NCBI GenBank assembly: GCA_051747505.1
Contig: JBNJGE010000001.1
Location: 1,184 to 60,499, forward strand
Origin: Pseudomonadota bacterium
Lineage (GTDB): Bacteria > Pseudomonadota > Alphaproteobacteria > Rhodobacterales > Rhodobacteraceae
Length of the DNA stretch: 59,316 nt
Reading direction: 5' to 3'
Of the stretch, positions 1-9,607 are shown one piece after another. The translations under genes and the position numbers were made by a program. Under the pieces are notes generated by a model. It saw only the letters and a list, made by a program, of their open reading frames with translations. It was not told where the DNA came from and searched no databases. Position 1 is the first letter of the stretch, and every line of letters begins with the position of its first letter.

Positions 1-101
1 GCCGGGGGGGGCGCCGCGAGCTTGGGCCCGGGGCCCCCCCCCCCGACCCCGCTCTTCCCTCGACCCGTTTTCGCCGCGAGCCCACGCCGCAGGAGAGAGA
101 C

Positions 102-1346
102 ATGCCCGGATTCTATGACGACCTGGAAACCCGCAGCCCCGAGCAGCGCGCCGCCGATCTCGCCCGCGACCTGCCGCAGCTGATCGCCCACGCGAAGGCC
201 GAGGCCCCCGGCCTCGCCGCCCATCTCGATGGCGTGGACCCGGCGGAGGTCGCCTCCCGCGAGGCGCTGGCGAAGCTGCCTGTCCTGCGCAAGTCCGAAC
301 TCGGCGAGCGCCAGAAGGCCGAGCCGCCCTTCGGCGGCTTCGCAGCCAGGGCCCCCCACACGTTCCGCCACGTCTTCCAGTCCCCCGGCCCGATCTACGA
401 GCCCGGCGGCGGGGGCCGCGACTGGTGGCGCATGGGCCGCTTCCTCCACGCCGCCGGCGTGGGCGAGGGCGACGTGGTGCAGAACTGCTTCTCCTACCAC
501 CTCACCCCCGCGGGCATGATGTTCGAATCCGGCGCGGCGGCCGTGGGCGCCGCCGTCCTGCCCGCCGGCACCGGCCAGACGGAGCTTCAGGCCCGCGCCA
601 TGGCCGATTGCGGCATCACCGCCTATGCCGGCACGCCCGACTACCTGAAGGTCATCCTCGACAAGGGCGACGAGATGGGCCTCGACCTCTCCTCCGTGAA
701 GAAGGCGGTGGTCGGCGGCGGCGCACTGTTCCCGTCGCTGCGCCAGGAATACGCCGATCGGGGCATCGCCTGCCTGCAGGGCTACGGCACCGCCGATCTC
801 GGCTCCATCGCCTATGAGAGCCCCGGCCCGGGCGGCGAAATCGAGGGCATGATCGTGGACGAGGGCGTGATCGTGGAGATCGTGCGCCCCGGCACGGGCG
901 ACCCGGTCCCCGAGGGCGAGGTCGGCGAGGTCGTCGTCACCACCCTCAACCGCGACTACCCGCTGGTGCGCTTCGCCACCGGCGACCTCTCCGCCGTCCT
1001 GCCCGGCGTCTCCCCCTGCGGGCGCACCAACCTGCGCATCAAGGGCTGGATGGGCCGCGCCGACCAGACCACCAAGATCAAGGGCATGTTCGTGCGCCCC
1101 GAGCAGGTGGCCGAACTGCTGCGCCGCCACCCCGAGATCGCGAAGGCCCGCGTCGTCGCCACCCGCGAGGGCGAGCAGGACGCCATGACCGTGAAGGTCG
1201 AGGCCTCCGAAGCCGAGGGCTTCGCCGACCGCGTGGCCGAGAGCGTCGCCTCCGTCCTCAAGCTCAAGGGCAGGGTCGAGGTCGTCGCCCCCGGCAGCCT
1301 GCCCAATGACGGCAAGGTGATCGAGGACGCCCGCAGCTACGATTGA
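102..1346 (+). CDS. Phenylacetate-CoA ligase family (PaaK-like) AMP-binding protein
   Basis: AGGAG RBS; PaaK-family motifs (YGTADLG, GEVGEVVVT, RFATGDLS, GRADQ..KIKG). Confidence 0.85.
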   Translation: MPGFYDDLETRSPEQRAADLARDLPQLIAHAKAEAPGLAAHLDGVDPAEVASREALAKLPVLRKSELGERQKAEPPFGGFAARAPHTFRHVFQSPGPIYEPGGGGRDWWRMGRFLHAAGVGEGDVVQNCFSYHLTPAGMMFESGAAAVGAAVLPAGTGQTELQARAMADCGITAYAGTPDYLKVILDKGDEMGLDLSSVKKAVVGGGALFPSLRQEYADRGIACLQGYGTADLGSIAYESPGPGGEIEGMIVDEGVIVEIVRPGTGDPVPEGEVGEVVVTTLNRDYPLVRFATGDLSAVLPGVSPCGRTNLRIKGWMGRADQTTKIKGMFVRPEQVAELLRRHPEIAKARVVATREGEQDAMTVKVEASEAEGFADRVAESVASVLKLKGRVEVVAPGSLPNDGKVIEDARSYD

Positions 1347-1388
1347 CCCCGGCCGCCCTCCGCCCCCGGGGCGGAGGGCGCGCATGCG

Positions 1389-1419
1389 AAAGGGCCGCGC
1401 CCGACGGGCGCGGCCCTTT
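1389..1419. terminator. Bidirectional intrinsic terminator
   Basis: Perfect inverted repeat AAAGGGCCGCGCCCG-A-CGGGCGCGGCCCTTT between convergent genes. Confidence 0.75.
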
Positions 1420-1453
1420 GTCTTGTCGGCGCCCCCCTTGGGGGGCCGTCCGC

Positions 1454-1579
1454 TCAGCCCTGGCGGGCCTTGAAGCGGCGATGCGTCTTGTTGATGACGT
1501 AGACACGGCCCTTGCGGCGCACCACGCGGCAGTCGGCATGGCGCTGCTTCAGGGACCGAAGGGAATTCCTGACCTTCAT
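1454..1579 (-). CDS. rpmJ: 50S ribosomal protein L36, zinc-independent (C-minus) type; below the ORF-track size cutoff
   Basis: Manual translation [41 protein letters not shown]; GAGGAG RBS. Confidence 0.97.
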   Translation of the reverse strand: MKVRNSLRSLKQRHADCRVVRRKGRVYVINKTHRRFKARQG

Positions 1580-1700
1580 GTCGTCCTCTCCTCGGGCTCT
1601 CCTCGGGCGCGCCCGTCCCGCTCGCCCGGGGCCGCGCCAGCCTCATCCGAAAATTCGAGCCGTTCCCTTACCCGCCCGCGCCCGGAGTCGCAAGGGGGCC

Positions 1701-2450
1701 TCAGCTCCGCGCCGCCCCGAAGGCCAGCCCGCCGGGCGTGGTCTTCTTCTGGATGCGCGCCAGCTCCGCCTGCGACAGCAGATGGCGCAGATAGCGCCGC
1801 TCGATCAGCCGGAACAGCGCCACCAGCAGGAAGGTCAGCGCCATGTAGAGCGCCGCGGCCGTCAGGAACCCCTCATAGGCCACGTAATACCGCGCGTTCA
1901 GCGTCCGCCCCGCCCCCAGGATGTCCTGGATGGTGATGACCGAGGCCACGACCGAGCCGTGCAGCATGAACACCACCTCGTTGCCGTACTGCGGCAGCGC
2001 CCGCCTCAGCGCCGAGGGGACCAGCACCAGCCAGGTCACCTGCCGCTCGCTCATCCCCAGCGCCCGCGCGCCTTCCAGCTCCCCCCTCGGGGTGACGGCG
2101 AAGGCGCCGCGCAGGATCTCGGTCGCATAGGCGCCGGAGTTCAGCGAGAAGGCGATCAGCGCGCACCACCAGGCCTCGCGCAGGATCTCCCAGGCCCAGC
2201 TCTCGCGCACGAACTCGAACTGCCCCAGCCCGTAATAGATCAGGTAGGTCTGCACCAGCAGCGGCGTGCCGCGGAAGAAATAGGCGTAGCCCCGCGCCGC
2301 CGGCGCCCAGCGCCGCCCCCGGAACTGCGCCAGCGCGCAGGGCAGGGCGATCAGGAAGCCGAAGCCGACCGACAGCGCCGTCAGCACAACCGTCGTCGCC
2401 ACGCCCTCGGCGAACATCTCCCAGTGCTGGAGGGGCAGGCCCGGATCCAT
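1701..2450 (-). CDS. Polar amino acid ABC transporter permease (HisM-like)
   Basis: FRGTPLLVQ and EAA loop (GELEGARALGM). Confidence 0.9.
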   Translation of the reverse strand: MDPGLPLQHWEMFAEGVATTVVLTALSVGFGFLIALPCALAQFRGRRWAPAARGYAYFFRGTPLLVQTYLIYYGLGQFEFVRESWAWEILREAWWCALIAFSLNSGAYATEILRGAFAVTPRGELEGARALGMSERQVTWLVLVPSALRRALPQYGNEVVFMLHGSVVASVITIQDILGAGRTLNARYYVAYEGFLTAAALYMALTFLLVALFRLIERRYLRHLLSQAELARIQKKTTPGGLAFGAARS

Positions 2451-2451
2451 C

Positions 2452-3141
2452 TCAGGCCCCCTGCGCCTGCCCGGTTCCGGCCCAGCGCTCCGCCCGCGTC
2501 AGCGCCCGGTCGGAGACGGCCGTGATCGCCAGGTAGACCAGGATCACCGCCGTGAAGAACAGGAAGGGCTCGCGCGTGGACTTCGCCGCCTGGTTGGCCA
2601 GCCCCACCAGGTCCTGCAGCCCGATGACCGAGACCACCGCCGTCGACTTCACCAGCACCAGCCAGACATTGCCGTAGCCGGGCAGGGCGTGGCGCAGCAC
2701 CTGCGGCCCGGTCACGTAGCGCAGCCGCGCCCAGCCCCGCAGCCCCAGCGCCTGCGCCGCCTCCCCCTGGCCCCGCGGCACCGCCTGCCAGGCGCCGCGG
2801 AAGGTCTCCGACAGATACGCTCCGTAGATGAAGCCGATCGCCGCCACGCCGGCCCAGAACTTGGAGATCTCGACGTAGTCCCAGTCGAAGGCCGCCCCGA
2901 TGTCGTTGATCAGCCGCTGGCCCCCGAAATAGACCAGCAGGATCAGCACCAGGTCGGGGATCCCCCGAACGATCGTGGTGTAGAGGAACGTCGCGCCCCG
3001 CGCGATCCGCCCCCCTCCGATCTTCGCCGCCGCCCCCAGCGCGCCGAGAGCCGTGGCCAGCGCCAGCGACAGCGCCGCCAGCGCCACGGTCACCAGCGCG
3101 CCCTGCGCCAGAAGCGGCGCGTAGTCGATCAGCAGGTTCAT
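2452..3141 (-). CDS. Polar amino acid ABC transporter permease (HisQ-like)
   Basis: YTTIVRGIPDL and EAA loop (GQGEAAQALGL). Confidence 0.9.
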   Translation of the reverse strand: MNLLIDYAPLLAQGALVTVALAALSLALATALGALGAAAKIGGGRIARGATFLYTTIVRGIPDLVLILLVYFGGQRLINDIGAAFDWDYVEISKFWAGVAAIGFIYGAYLSETFRGAWQAVPRGQGEAAQALGLRGWARLRYVTGPQVLRHALPGYGNVWLVLVKSTAVVSVIGLQDLVGLANQAAKSTREPFLFFTAVILVYLAITAVSDRALTRAERWAGTGQAQGA

Positions 3142-3159
3142 CGCCGGGCCCGGCCGGTC

Positions 3160-3188
3160 GCGCCCGCGCCCCCGGAGGGCGCGGGCGC
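3160..3188. repeat. Stem-loop between binding-protein and permease genes
   Basis: 12-bp perfect stem GCGCCCGCGCCC-CCGGA-GGGCGCGGGCGC, no U-tract. Confidence 0.65.
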
Positions 3189-3198
3189 CGCGGCCGCG

Positions 3199-3966
3199 TC
3201 AGCCGCCATAGATGTCGAAGTCGAAGTACTTGCTCTGGATGCGCTCGTACTCGCCCGACTCGCGGATCGCCTGGATCGCCTCCGAGAAGCGGCCGGCCAG
3301 GTCGGAGCCCTTGCGCACCCCGATCCCGGCGCCCACGCCGTGATATTCCGGGATCGAGTAGCCCGGCCCGAAGAAGGCGTAGCCCTCGCCCTGCTCGGTG
3401 TTCAGGAAGCCCTCCGACATGGCGATGGAATCGGCCATCACCGCGTCGATGCGCCCCGACTGCAGGTCCAGATAGGCGTCGTCCTGCGTGGCGTAGAGCT
3501 TCAGCTCCACCTCGGGGAACTCGCCCTCCATGAACTGCTGGTGGATGGTGCCGCGCTGCACGCCCACGACGGCGTCGGCCATCCCCTCCTGCGTCGCCTC
3601 CAGATCGGTGTCCTCGGCCGCGATGAAGCGCGCCGGGGTCTGGTAGTACTTCTCGGAGAAGTCGATCACCTTCTGCCGGTCCGGCGTGATGGACATGGAG
3701 GCGATGATCGCGTCGCATTTGCGCTCGATCAGCGCCGGGATGATGCCGTCCCACTCCGTCTTCACCAGCTCGCACTCGGCGCCCATCTCGGCGCAGAGCG
3801 CCCGGGTGATGTCGATGTCGAAGCCCACGAGCTCGCCGTCGGCGTTGGTCTGCGAGAACGGCGGGTAGGCGCCCTCCACGCAGATCTTCAGATCCTCGGC
3901 CATGGCGGCCGAGGCCGAAAGGGCGAGCGCGGCGCCGGCGGCCGCACGGATCAGCCATTTGGTCAT
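3199..3966 (-). CDS. Amino acid ABC transporter substrate-binding protein (family 3, HisJ/ArgT-like)
   Basis: Signal peptide MTKWLIRAAAGAALALSASAAMA; EGAYPPF, GFDIDI, SMSITPDR; AGGGAG RBS supports start at 3966. Confidence 0.92.
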   Translation of the reverse strand: MTKWLIRAAAGAALALSASAAMAEDLKICVEGAYPPFSQTNADGELVGFDIDITRALCAEMGAECELVKTEWDGIIPALIERKCDAIIASMSITPDRQKVIDFSEKYYQTPARFIAAEDTDLEATQEGMADAVVGVQRGTIHQQFMEGEFPEVELKLYATQDDAYLDLQSGRIDAVMADSIAMSEGFLNTEQGEGYAFFGPGYSIPEYHGVGAGIGVRKGSDLAGRFSEAIQAIRESGEYERIQSKYFDFDIYGG

Positions 3967-4059
3967 GTTGCACAGCTCCCTGTTGTCGTTCATCGGCCCC
4001 GACCTTGCGGCGCGCATCCCCTCGCGTCAATCCGGCGGCGCCCCGTCCTTCCCCCGGTG

Positions 4060-4092
4060 AAAAAAGACGGCCCGGCATGCAGGGCCGGGCCG
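4060..4092 (-). terminator. Intrinsic terminator of glnK-amtB
   Basis: Minus strand CGGCCCGGC-N7-GCCGGGCCG followed by TCTTTTTT. Confidence 0.8.
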
Positions 4093-4162
4093 CAGGCGGG
4101 ACGACGCCGCGCGCCGTCCGGGGAGGATCCGCGCAGGCCGCCCCCGCAGGGGCGGCCCGAAC

Positions 4163-5524
4163 TCAGGTGATCTGGGAGCCCTTGCCGAACTCCGGATAGG
4201 CCTCCATGCCCAGCTCCGAGGCGTCGAGGCCGGCCATTTCGTCCTCCTCCGGCGCCCGGATGCCCATGGTGGCCTTCAGGATCAGCCACACCGCGGCGGA
4301 GACGACGAAGACGAACACGCCCACGATCACGATCGACAGGATCTGCGTGCCGAAGCTCGCCCCGTCATTGGTCAGCGGCACCACCAGCGTGCCCCAGACG
4401 CCCGCCAGCAGGTGCACCGGGATGGCGCCGACCACGTCGTCGATCTTCAGCCGGTCCAGCATCGGCACCGCGAAGACCACGATCACGCCGCCCACGGCCC
4501 CGATCAGCGTCGCCGCGCCCAAGCTCGGGGTCAGCGGCTCCGCGGTGATCGACACCAGCCCGGCCAGCGCGCCGTTGAGCACCATGGTCAGGTCCACCTT
4601 GCCGTAGACCAGCTGGGTGAGCAGCAGCGCCGCCACCGCGCCGCCGGCCGCGGCCGTGTTGGTGTTGGAGAAGATGCGCGAGACGTCCGCCGCATCCCCG
4701 ACCGAGCCCATGGCGAGCTGCGAGCCGCCGTTGAACCCGAACCAGCCCAGCCAGAGGATGAAGGTGCCCAGCGTGGCCAGCGCCAGGTTGGAGCCCGGCA
4801 TCGGGTTCACCCGGCCGTCCTTGTACTTGCCCAGACGCGGCCCGAGGATGATCGCGCCCGCCAGCGCCGCCCAGCCGCCGACCGAGTGCACGATCGTCGA
4901 GCCCGCGAAGTCGGAGAAGCCGATCTCGCTCAGGTAGCCGCCGCCCCAGGACCAGGAGGCCTGGATCGGGTAGATCAGCGCCGTCAGCACCACGGTGAAG
5001 GTGAGGAACGGCCACAGCTTGATGCGCTCGGCCAGCGTGCCCGAGACGATCGAGGCCGTGGTGGCGCAGAACATCAGCTGGAAGAAGTAGTCCGAGCCCG
5101 TGGAGGCGTAGTCAAGCGCGTCCGCGTCGCCCGCGGCCACGCCGACCGGCTCCAGAACCGCCATGCCGATATTGCCGAACCAGCTCGGGATGATCCAGGC
5201 GTCGCCCGGATACATGATCACGTAGCCGACGACGTAGTAGGCGATGGCCGCGATGGAGAACAGCGAGATGTTCTTCGTCAGCTGGATGGTGACGTTCTTG
5301 GAGCGCACCAGCCCGGCCTCGAGCATGGCGAAGCCCGCGGCCATCCACATCACCAGGAAGCCGCCGATCAGGAACAGGAGCGTGTTGAACACGAAGACGG
5401 AGTGCTCGGGCACGGCGGTCGCGGCCGCCGCCCCGGCCTCGGTCTCCTGGGCCATGGCCGGCAGGGCCGCCAGCGCGGCCGTCGCGGCGGCCAGGCCCGC
5501 GGTCAGAACGATGGGTCGCTTCAT
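4163..5524 (-). CDS. amtB: Ammonium transporter
   Basis: Signal peptide; DFAGSTIVH, LWLGWFGFNGGS, IDDVVGAIPVH; directly follows glnK. Confidence 0.96.
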   Translation of the reverse strand: MKRPIVLTAGLAAATAALAALPAMAQETEAGAAAATAVPEHSVFVFNTLLFLIGGFLVMWMAAGFAMLEAGLVRSKNVTIQLTKNISLFSIAAIAYYVVGYVIMYPGDAWIIPSWFGNIGMAVLEPVGVAAGDADALDYASTGSDYFFQLMFCATTASIVSGTLAERIKLWPFLTFTVVLTALIYPIQASWSWGGGYLSEIGFSDFAGSTIVHSVGGWAALAGAIILGPRLGKYKDGRVNPMPGSNLALATLGTFILWLGWFGFNGGSQLAMGSVGDAADVSRIFSNTNTAAAGGAVAALLLTQLVYGKVDLTMVLNGALAGLVSITAEPLTPSLGAATLIGAVGGVIVVFAVPMLDRLKIDDVVGAIPVHLLAGVWGTLVVPLTNDGASFGTQILSIVIVGVFVFVVSAAVWLILKATMGIRAPEEDEMAGLDASELGMEAYPEFGKGSQIT

Positions 5525-5568
5525 CTGTCTCGATCCCTCTGCGTTGTCTGCGATGATCCGGGCCGGGC

Positions 5569-6080
<512 letters not shown>

Positions 6081-6222
6081 TACAGCCGCGGCGAAATCCG
6101 CCGCCCCCGCGCCGCCGCCCTCCACAAACCCGCCGCGCTCCCCTATGATGCCGGTTCCCGCGCAGGATCGGCAGGCAGGGCCGCGCGGGCCATGACAAGA
6201 GCAGGAAACCGGGCGCGCAGGC

Positions 6223-8376
6223 GTGAGGCGAAAGACATCCCCGCAGGGCCGGCGAGAGCCGCCCGTGACCCGCCGCGGCGGGGCGCGAGAGTCCGCGCGC
6301 GCCCCGCGCGCGGAAAAGCGCCGCCGCGCACGCCCGGGCCCGGCGGACCGCGCCGTGCGCGCCGTCCTGCTCTTCGTCGTCCGCTGGACCTGGCGGCTCG
6401 GCTGGCGCTTCGGCCTCGGCCTCGCGGTGATCCTCGCCGCCTTCACCGCCTGGTATTACCAGAGCCTGCCGCCCGCCTCCGCCCTGCTGGACGGGCGCGA
6501 CCGCGGCTCCGTCATCCTTCTGGACGCCAACGACGAGGTCTTCGCCTGGCGCGGCGACCAGTATGGCGGCGCCGTGCGCGCCTCCGACATCTCCCCCCAT
6601 CTCGTCCACGCCGTCGTCGCGACCGAGGACCGCCGCTTCTGGTCCCACTGGGGCGTCGACCCCATCGGCCTCGCCCGCGCCATGATCGCCAATCTCCGCG
6701 CAGGCGCCCTGGTGCAGGGCGGCTCCACGCTGACGCAGCAGACCGCCAAGAACGTCTTCCTGACCCATGAGCGCAGCCTGGAGCGCAAGCTCAAGGAGCT
6801 GCCCATGGCGCTCGCCATGGAGCTGAAATACTCCAAGGACGAGATCCTCTCGATCTACCTCAACCGCGTCTATCTCGGCGCCGGCGCCTGGGGGTTCGAG
6901 GCCGCGGCCCAGCGCTATTTCGGCAAGTCCGCCCGCGCCGTCACGCCCGCCGAGGCCGCCATGCTCGCCGGCCTCCTGAAGGCCCCCTCGCGCTACGCCC
7001 CCACCACCGACCTCGCCGCCGCCCAGGGCCGGGCCGACATCATCCTCGGCCTGATGGCCGATCAGGGCTATCTCGAGCGCGACCAGCTCGCCCGCGCACG
7101 CGCCAACCCCGCCCGCCTGTCGAAGGCCGCCCAGGCCCGCGCCGGGGGCGCCTTTGCCGACTGGGTGATGGAATCCGGCCCCGAATGGCTCACCCGCGAG
7201 ACCACCGAGGACGTGACCATCGCCACCACCTTCGACCCGGTCGCCCAGCGCGCCGCGGAGGACGCCGTGGCCCATGTCTTCGACACCCGGGTGCGCGAGG
7301 GCTCCGACGCCCAGGCGGCGGTCGTCATCCTCTCCCATGACGGCGCCGTGCGCGCCATGGTCGGGGGGCGCGACCCCGCCGCCGCCGGCGGCCAGTTCAA
7401 CCGCGCCGCCCAGGCCCTGCGCCAGCCCGGCTCCGCCTTCAAGCCCGTCGTCTACGCCGCCGCGCTGGCCGCCGGCCGCGACCCCTCCGAGGTCGTCGAG
7501 GACCGCCCCATCGACCTCGACGGCTGGCGCCCCGCGAACTACGCCGGAAAGCAGCACGGCCTGCTGACGCTGACCGAGGCCCTGGCGCAGTCCGTCAACA
7601 CCGTCGCCGTGCGTCTCGCGCTCGACACCGGCCTCGACCGCGTCCGCGGCGCCGCCCGCGCGCTCGGCCTCGACTCCGACCTGCCTCCCGTCCCCGCAAT
7701 CGCGCTCGGCGCCTCCGAGACCACGCTGCTCGACCTCTCCGGCGTCTACGCCTCAATCGCCTCGGCCGGCCGGCGCGCGGAGCCCTTCGGCATCCGCCGC
7801 GTCGCCCTGCGCGACGACCCCACGCCCCTGATGACGCATGCCGGCGGCGCGGACGACCAGGCGATCCCGCCGCAGGTCGCCCGCCGGCTCACCGCCATGC
7901 TGCGCGAGGTCGTCCGCTCCGGCACCGGAACCCGCGCCGCGCTGGCCGACCGCCCCGCCGCGGGCAAGACCGGCACCACCCAGGAGGCCCGCGACGCCTG
8001 GTTCGTCGGCTTCACCGCCGACTACGTCGCCGGGGTCTGGATGGGCTACGACGACAACACCCCCCTGACCGGCGTCACCGGCGGCGGCCTGCCCGCCGAG
8101 ATCTGGCGCGAGACGATGACCCGCCTGCATCGCGGCCTCGCCCCGCGCCCGCTGGACTCCGCCCCCCTCGGCCCCCCCGAGGGCGAGCGCGTCGCCGGCG
8201 CCGAACCCGGGGCCGCCGCCGAGTCCGTTGGCGAGGGCCTGCGCGCGGTCGGCGGGGCGGTCGGCCGCGTCGTCTCCGGCGTGGTCGGGCTGTTCACGGG
8301 CGGCGGGAATGATATGACGGGCCCCGCGCGGACGGGTCCCGAGCGGCCGGGACCCCGGCGTGAGCCCGAGCCGTGA
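6223..8376 (+). CDS. Class A penicillin-binding protein (PBP1A family); start uncertain
   Basis: Transglycosylase motifs EDRRF, GGSTLTQQ, RKLKE; transpeptidase motifs SAFK, SVN, KTG. Confidence 0.92.
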   Translation: MRRKTSPQGRREPPVTRRGGARESARAPRAEKRRRARPGPADRAVRAVLLFVVRWTWRLGWRFGLGLAVILAAFTAWYYQSLPPASALLDGRDRGSVILLDANDEVFAWRGDQYGGAVRASDISPHLVHAVVATEDRRFWSHWGVDPIGLARAMIANLRAGALVQGGSTLTQQTAKNVFLTHERSLERKLKELPMALAMELKYSKDEILSIYLNRVYLGAGAWGFEAAAQRYFGKSARAVTPAEAAMLAGLLKAPSRYAPTTDLAAAQGRADIILGLMADQGYLERDQLARARANPARLSKAAQARAGGAFADWVMESGPEWLTRETTEDVTIATTFDPVAQRAAEDAVAHVFDTRVREGSDAQAAVVILSHDGAVRAMVGGRDPAAAGGQFNRAAQALRQPGSAFKPVVYAAALAAGRDPSEVVEDRPIDLDGWRPANYAGKQHGLLTLTEALAQSVNTVAVRLALDTGLDRVRGAARALGLDSDLPPVPAIALGASETTLLDLSGVYASIASAGRRAEPFGIRRVALRDDPTPLMTHAGGADDQAIPPQVARRLTAMLREVVRSGTGTRAALADRPAAGKTGTTQEARDAWFVGFTADYVAGVWMGYDDNTPLTGVTGGGLPAEIWRETMTRLHRGLAPRPLDSAPLGPPEGERVAGAEPGAAAESVGEGLRAVGGAVGRVVSGVVGLFTGGGNDMTGPARTGPERPGPRREPEP

Positions 8377-8401
8377 GCCGCATGAGGGGACGGAACGCGC
8401 A

Positions 8402-8854
8402 ATGACCGAAACCGAGGAGCAGGCCCGGCCCAAGGCCGTGATCCGCCCCAAGCGCAGCGAAAAGCGCCGCCATCGCCGGCGCAAGAGCAAGTACAGCCGC
8501 CCGCTCTTCTCCCTGGCCCATCTCGTGGCTCTGGGCTTCGTCGGGCTCGCCGCCGCCTTCGTCCTCGCGCTTTTCCAGGCCACCCAGATGGGCGGCGACC
8601 TCGCGCTCGACAGCGCGCGCGACCGCTCGCTGGACGACCTCAACCTCCCCGGCGCGCCCTCCGGCGCGGTCGCCCGCGGCGCCGGCCCGCTCCAGTTCAT
8701 GATCTGGGCCTATCTTTTCGGCACCCCGGTCCTCTTCGCCGTCCAGCGCTTCCTGCTCTGGCGGCGCACCCGCAGCGGCGCGCGGCTGATCATCTATGCC
8801 GGCATGGCCGTCTGGCTGGTCATCGTGGTGGTGCTCTTCGCGCTGGCCCTCTGA
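8402..8854 (+). CDS. Hypothetical membrane protein (basic N-terminus, ~3 TM)
   Basis: GC3-biased ORF 25 nt after PBP1A; three hydrophobic segments. Confidence 0.7.
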   Translation: MTETEEQARPKAVIRPKRSEKRRHRRRKSKYSRPLFSLAHLVALGFVGLAAAFVLALFQATQMGGDLALDSARDRSLDDLNLPGAPSGAVARGAGPLQFMIWAYLFGTPVLFAVQRFLLWRRTRSGARLIIYAGMAVWLVIVVVLFALAL

Positions 8855-8880
8855 GCGCGCGCGGAGGCCGCGGGGGCCTC

Positions 8881-9603
8881 TCAGCCCCCGAAATCCACCC
8901 GCTGCAGATCCGCCCCGTGCCGGCGCAGCCAGTCCCGGCTGTCGCGCCAGTCCGGCCGCAGCCGCTCCACCAGCGCCCAGAAGCGCGGCCCGTGGTTCAT
9001 CTCGGCCAGATGCGCCGCCTCGTGGGCGGCCACGTAGTCCAGCACCTCCGGCGGCGCCATGATCAGCCGCCAGCAGAAGCTCAGGCTCCCGTTGGAGCTG
9101 CAGGACCCCCAGCGGGAGCGCGTGTCGCGCAGGCTGATCCGCCCCGCCTCGCGCCCCACCGCCTCGGCGTAGCCCCGCGCGGCGGGAACCAGCGCATCGC
9201 GCGCCCGCGCCTTCAGAAAGGCCAGCGCCCGCCCCGGCGCCTCGGCCTCGGCCCCGCGCACGATCAGCCGCCCGTCCTCCAGCCGCGGCGCCCCGCGCCC
9301 CGGCTCGGCCTCCAGCACCACGGAAAGCCCCTGGTAGGGCAGGGCGCGCCCCGCCCGAACGGGCCGCGCCGGCGGCACGCGCGTCAGCGCCCCCTCCAGC
9401 CACCCGGCCTGCCGTTCCAGGAAAGCCTGCGCCTCCGCCACCCGCGCCCGGGCGGGCAGGGTCAGGTTCGGCCGCCCGTCCACGCGGCTCACCGACAGGG
9501 TGAAGCGCCGCGCCTGCGCGCTGCGCCGCAGGCGCACCGTCACCCCCGGCGGGTCGAGGAAAAGCTCCGCCGCCTCCGCCTCGCGGCGCGGCCGCCCGAA
9601 CAT
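8881..9603 (-). CDS. M48/YgjP-like (DUF45) zinc metallo-hydrolase
   Basis: RSRWGSCS and DYVAAHEAAHL..MNH..FW motifs. Confidence 0.88.
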   Translation of the reverse strand: MFGRPRREAEAAELFLDPPGVTVRLRRSAQARRFTLSVSRVDGRPNLTLPARARVAEAQAFLERQAGWLEGALTRVPPARPVRAGRALPYQGLSVVLEAEPGRGAPRLEDGRLIVRGAEAEAPGRALAFLKARARDALVPAARGYAEAVGREAGRISLRDTRSRWGSCSSNGSLSFCWRLIMAPPEVLDYVAAHEAAHLAEMNHGPRFWALVERLRPDWRDSRDWLRRHGADLQRVDFGG

Positions 9604-9607
9604 CGCC

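Noticed and set aside
1-50. G/C homopolymer runs at the window start as a G-quadruplex or phase-variable tract
   Set aside because: At the sequence edge where base quality is doubtful; cannot be separated from an assembly end effect
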